A stretch of DNA of 64,000 bases from Convolutriloba macropyga (lineage: Eukaryota). The DNA is taken from NCBI RefSeq assembly GCF_964194025.1, contig NC_134472.1:27094001-27158000 (forward strand), read 5' to 3'. This document shows, piece after piece, positions 63,061 through 64,000 of this stretch; within the stretch, counting starts at the first letter, position 1, and every line of letters starts with the position of its first letter. Made by a program: the position numbers and the translations under genes. The notes below the pieces were generated by a model. That model saw nothing but the letters and a program-made list of their open reading frames with translations. It was not told the DNA's origin and did no database searches.

Positions 63061-63921
63061 TGTCACGCCCCTATTTCGTCCCTCATAGTTACGTGGTGAT
63101 TTTCCTTAAAATATCCATAATTAAGTGCTTTATATTAATTAATATTCATTTAGTTTCAAGGCCATATATAGCCAGTATTTCCATCTAGGCCTGTAACCTC
63201 TAATTTGTTTATGTTTATGAAAAACAACCGGAGAGTGACAGTTTTAATAGCAAACATATCAAGTGCCTAAAAGCCTCAATATTTACTTTTTTGAGTTTCT
63301 TGAAGATAAATTCACATAATCAGTAATTAACTTTGTGAGAGATTATATACTTGGTGAAGTAATTATTCTGATAAAGTAGGTGCTAATACGGAACTTGTAT
63401 ATGTACTTAACAAACATCAAGAGACGTACAAAAGCCGGAAATTGCCCAACTTGAAAATCAGTAAATATTTGCGAAGGACCAATACAAGGCACAGTCCTGC
63501 GGAACCCACTATCAGCAGAACACCGGAGAAATAGCCTGACTATCAGTTGCTAATAAAACACAGCAAAAACTCAAACTTCTTATTCTATCATTGAGAACTT
63601 TGGTTTTATTTTTCTGATTTATTAATTAAAGATTGAACTGGAAATTCTCTCTAAAATTAATAAGTTAAAACAGGCTACAATGGAGTTATAGTATGGCTAA
63701 ATAAAGCTTTAAAACCCAAGGCAACTAGTGGATATATCGCGCATCCGAACCGCTCAGTAAAAGGCTATTACTAGCTAATTTTATTCAAAATATATCCGCT
63801 AAAAATCGCACTGTGAAACATCAAAATATGTCCTTGAAAAATGACAATTAATCACATTATTTACTGCTATTATTAACCTCAGAAAACACCATGAGGAACA
63901 CCTAGAAATCAGTGCGTAACA
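63061..63921 (+). mobile_element. 5' LTR of a second LTR retrotransposon continuing beyond the window
   Basis: TGTCACGC...GCGTAACA inverted ends, followed by PBS TGGTGACAGGAG at 63922-63933. Confidence 0.75.
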
Positions 63922-64000
63922 TGGTGACAGGAGTTATTAACTGTTTCCTAGTTTAACGGACCGAAATTCCGAATAATTCTTTGATAAATTCGACATTTTC

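Overview
Eukaryotic (invertebrate-animal-like) genomic window, AT-rich and dense in mobile DNA. Host genes: a two-exon CDK1/2-like kinase, an intronless UBXN11, a TEX26-like gene and a probable two-exon gene of unknown function. Two large elements dominate. (1) A 14.6-kb Polinton/Maverick-type endogenous virus at 9526-24121 (6-bp TSD CTCGCT; pPolB, major and minor capsid, adenain protease, two A32-like ATPases). It has no recognisable integrase. Each end is a separately 'perfected' 124-nt hairpin, and it is peppered with about 12 copies of an AT-flanked 21-bp micro-insertion. (2) A 13.9-kb env-bearing Ty3/gypsy LTR element at 42567-56471 (5-bp TSD CTTAT). Between pol and env it carries a TARG1-like macrodomain and, on the antisense strand, a decayed JmjC-type (KDM2/KDM7-like) 2OG-Fe(II) dioxygenase gene. 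That gene is not visible in the ORF track and is the most striking signal: a possible retroelement-encoded anti-silencing module. Also present: fragments of CRE-like, Penelope-like and CR1-like retroelements, gypsy remnants, tRNA-derived SINE-like heads, MITEs, an assembly gap, and the 5' LTR of another element at the window end. All family assignments are by eye from motifs; no database searches were run.
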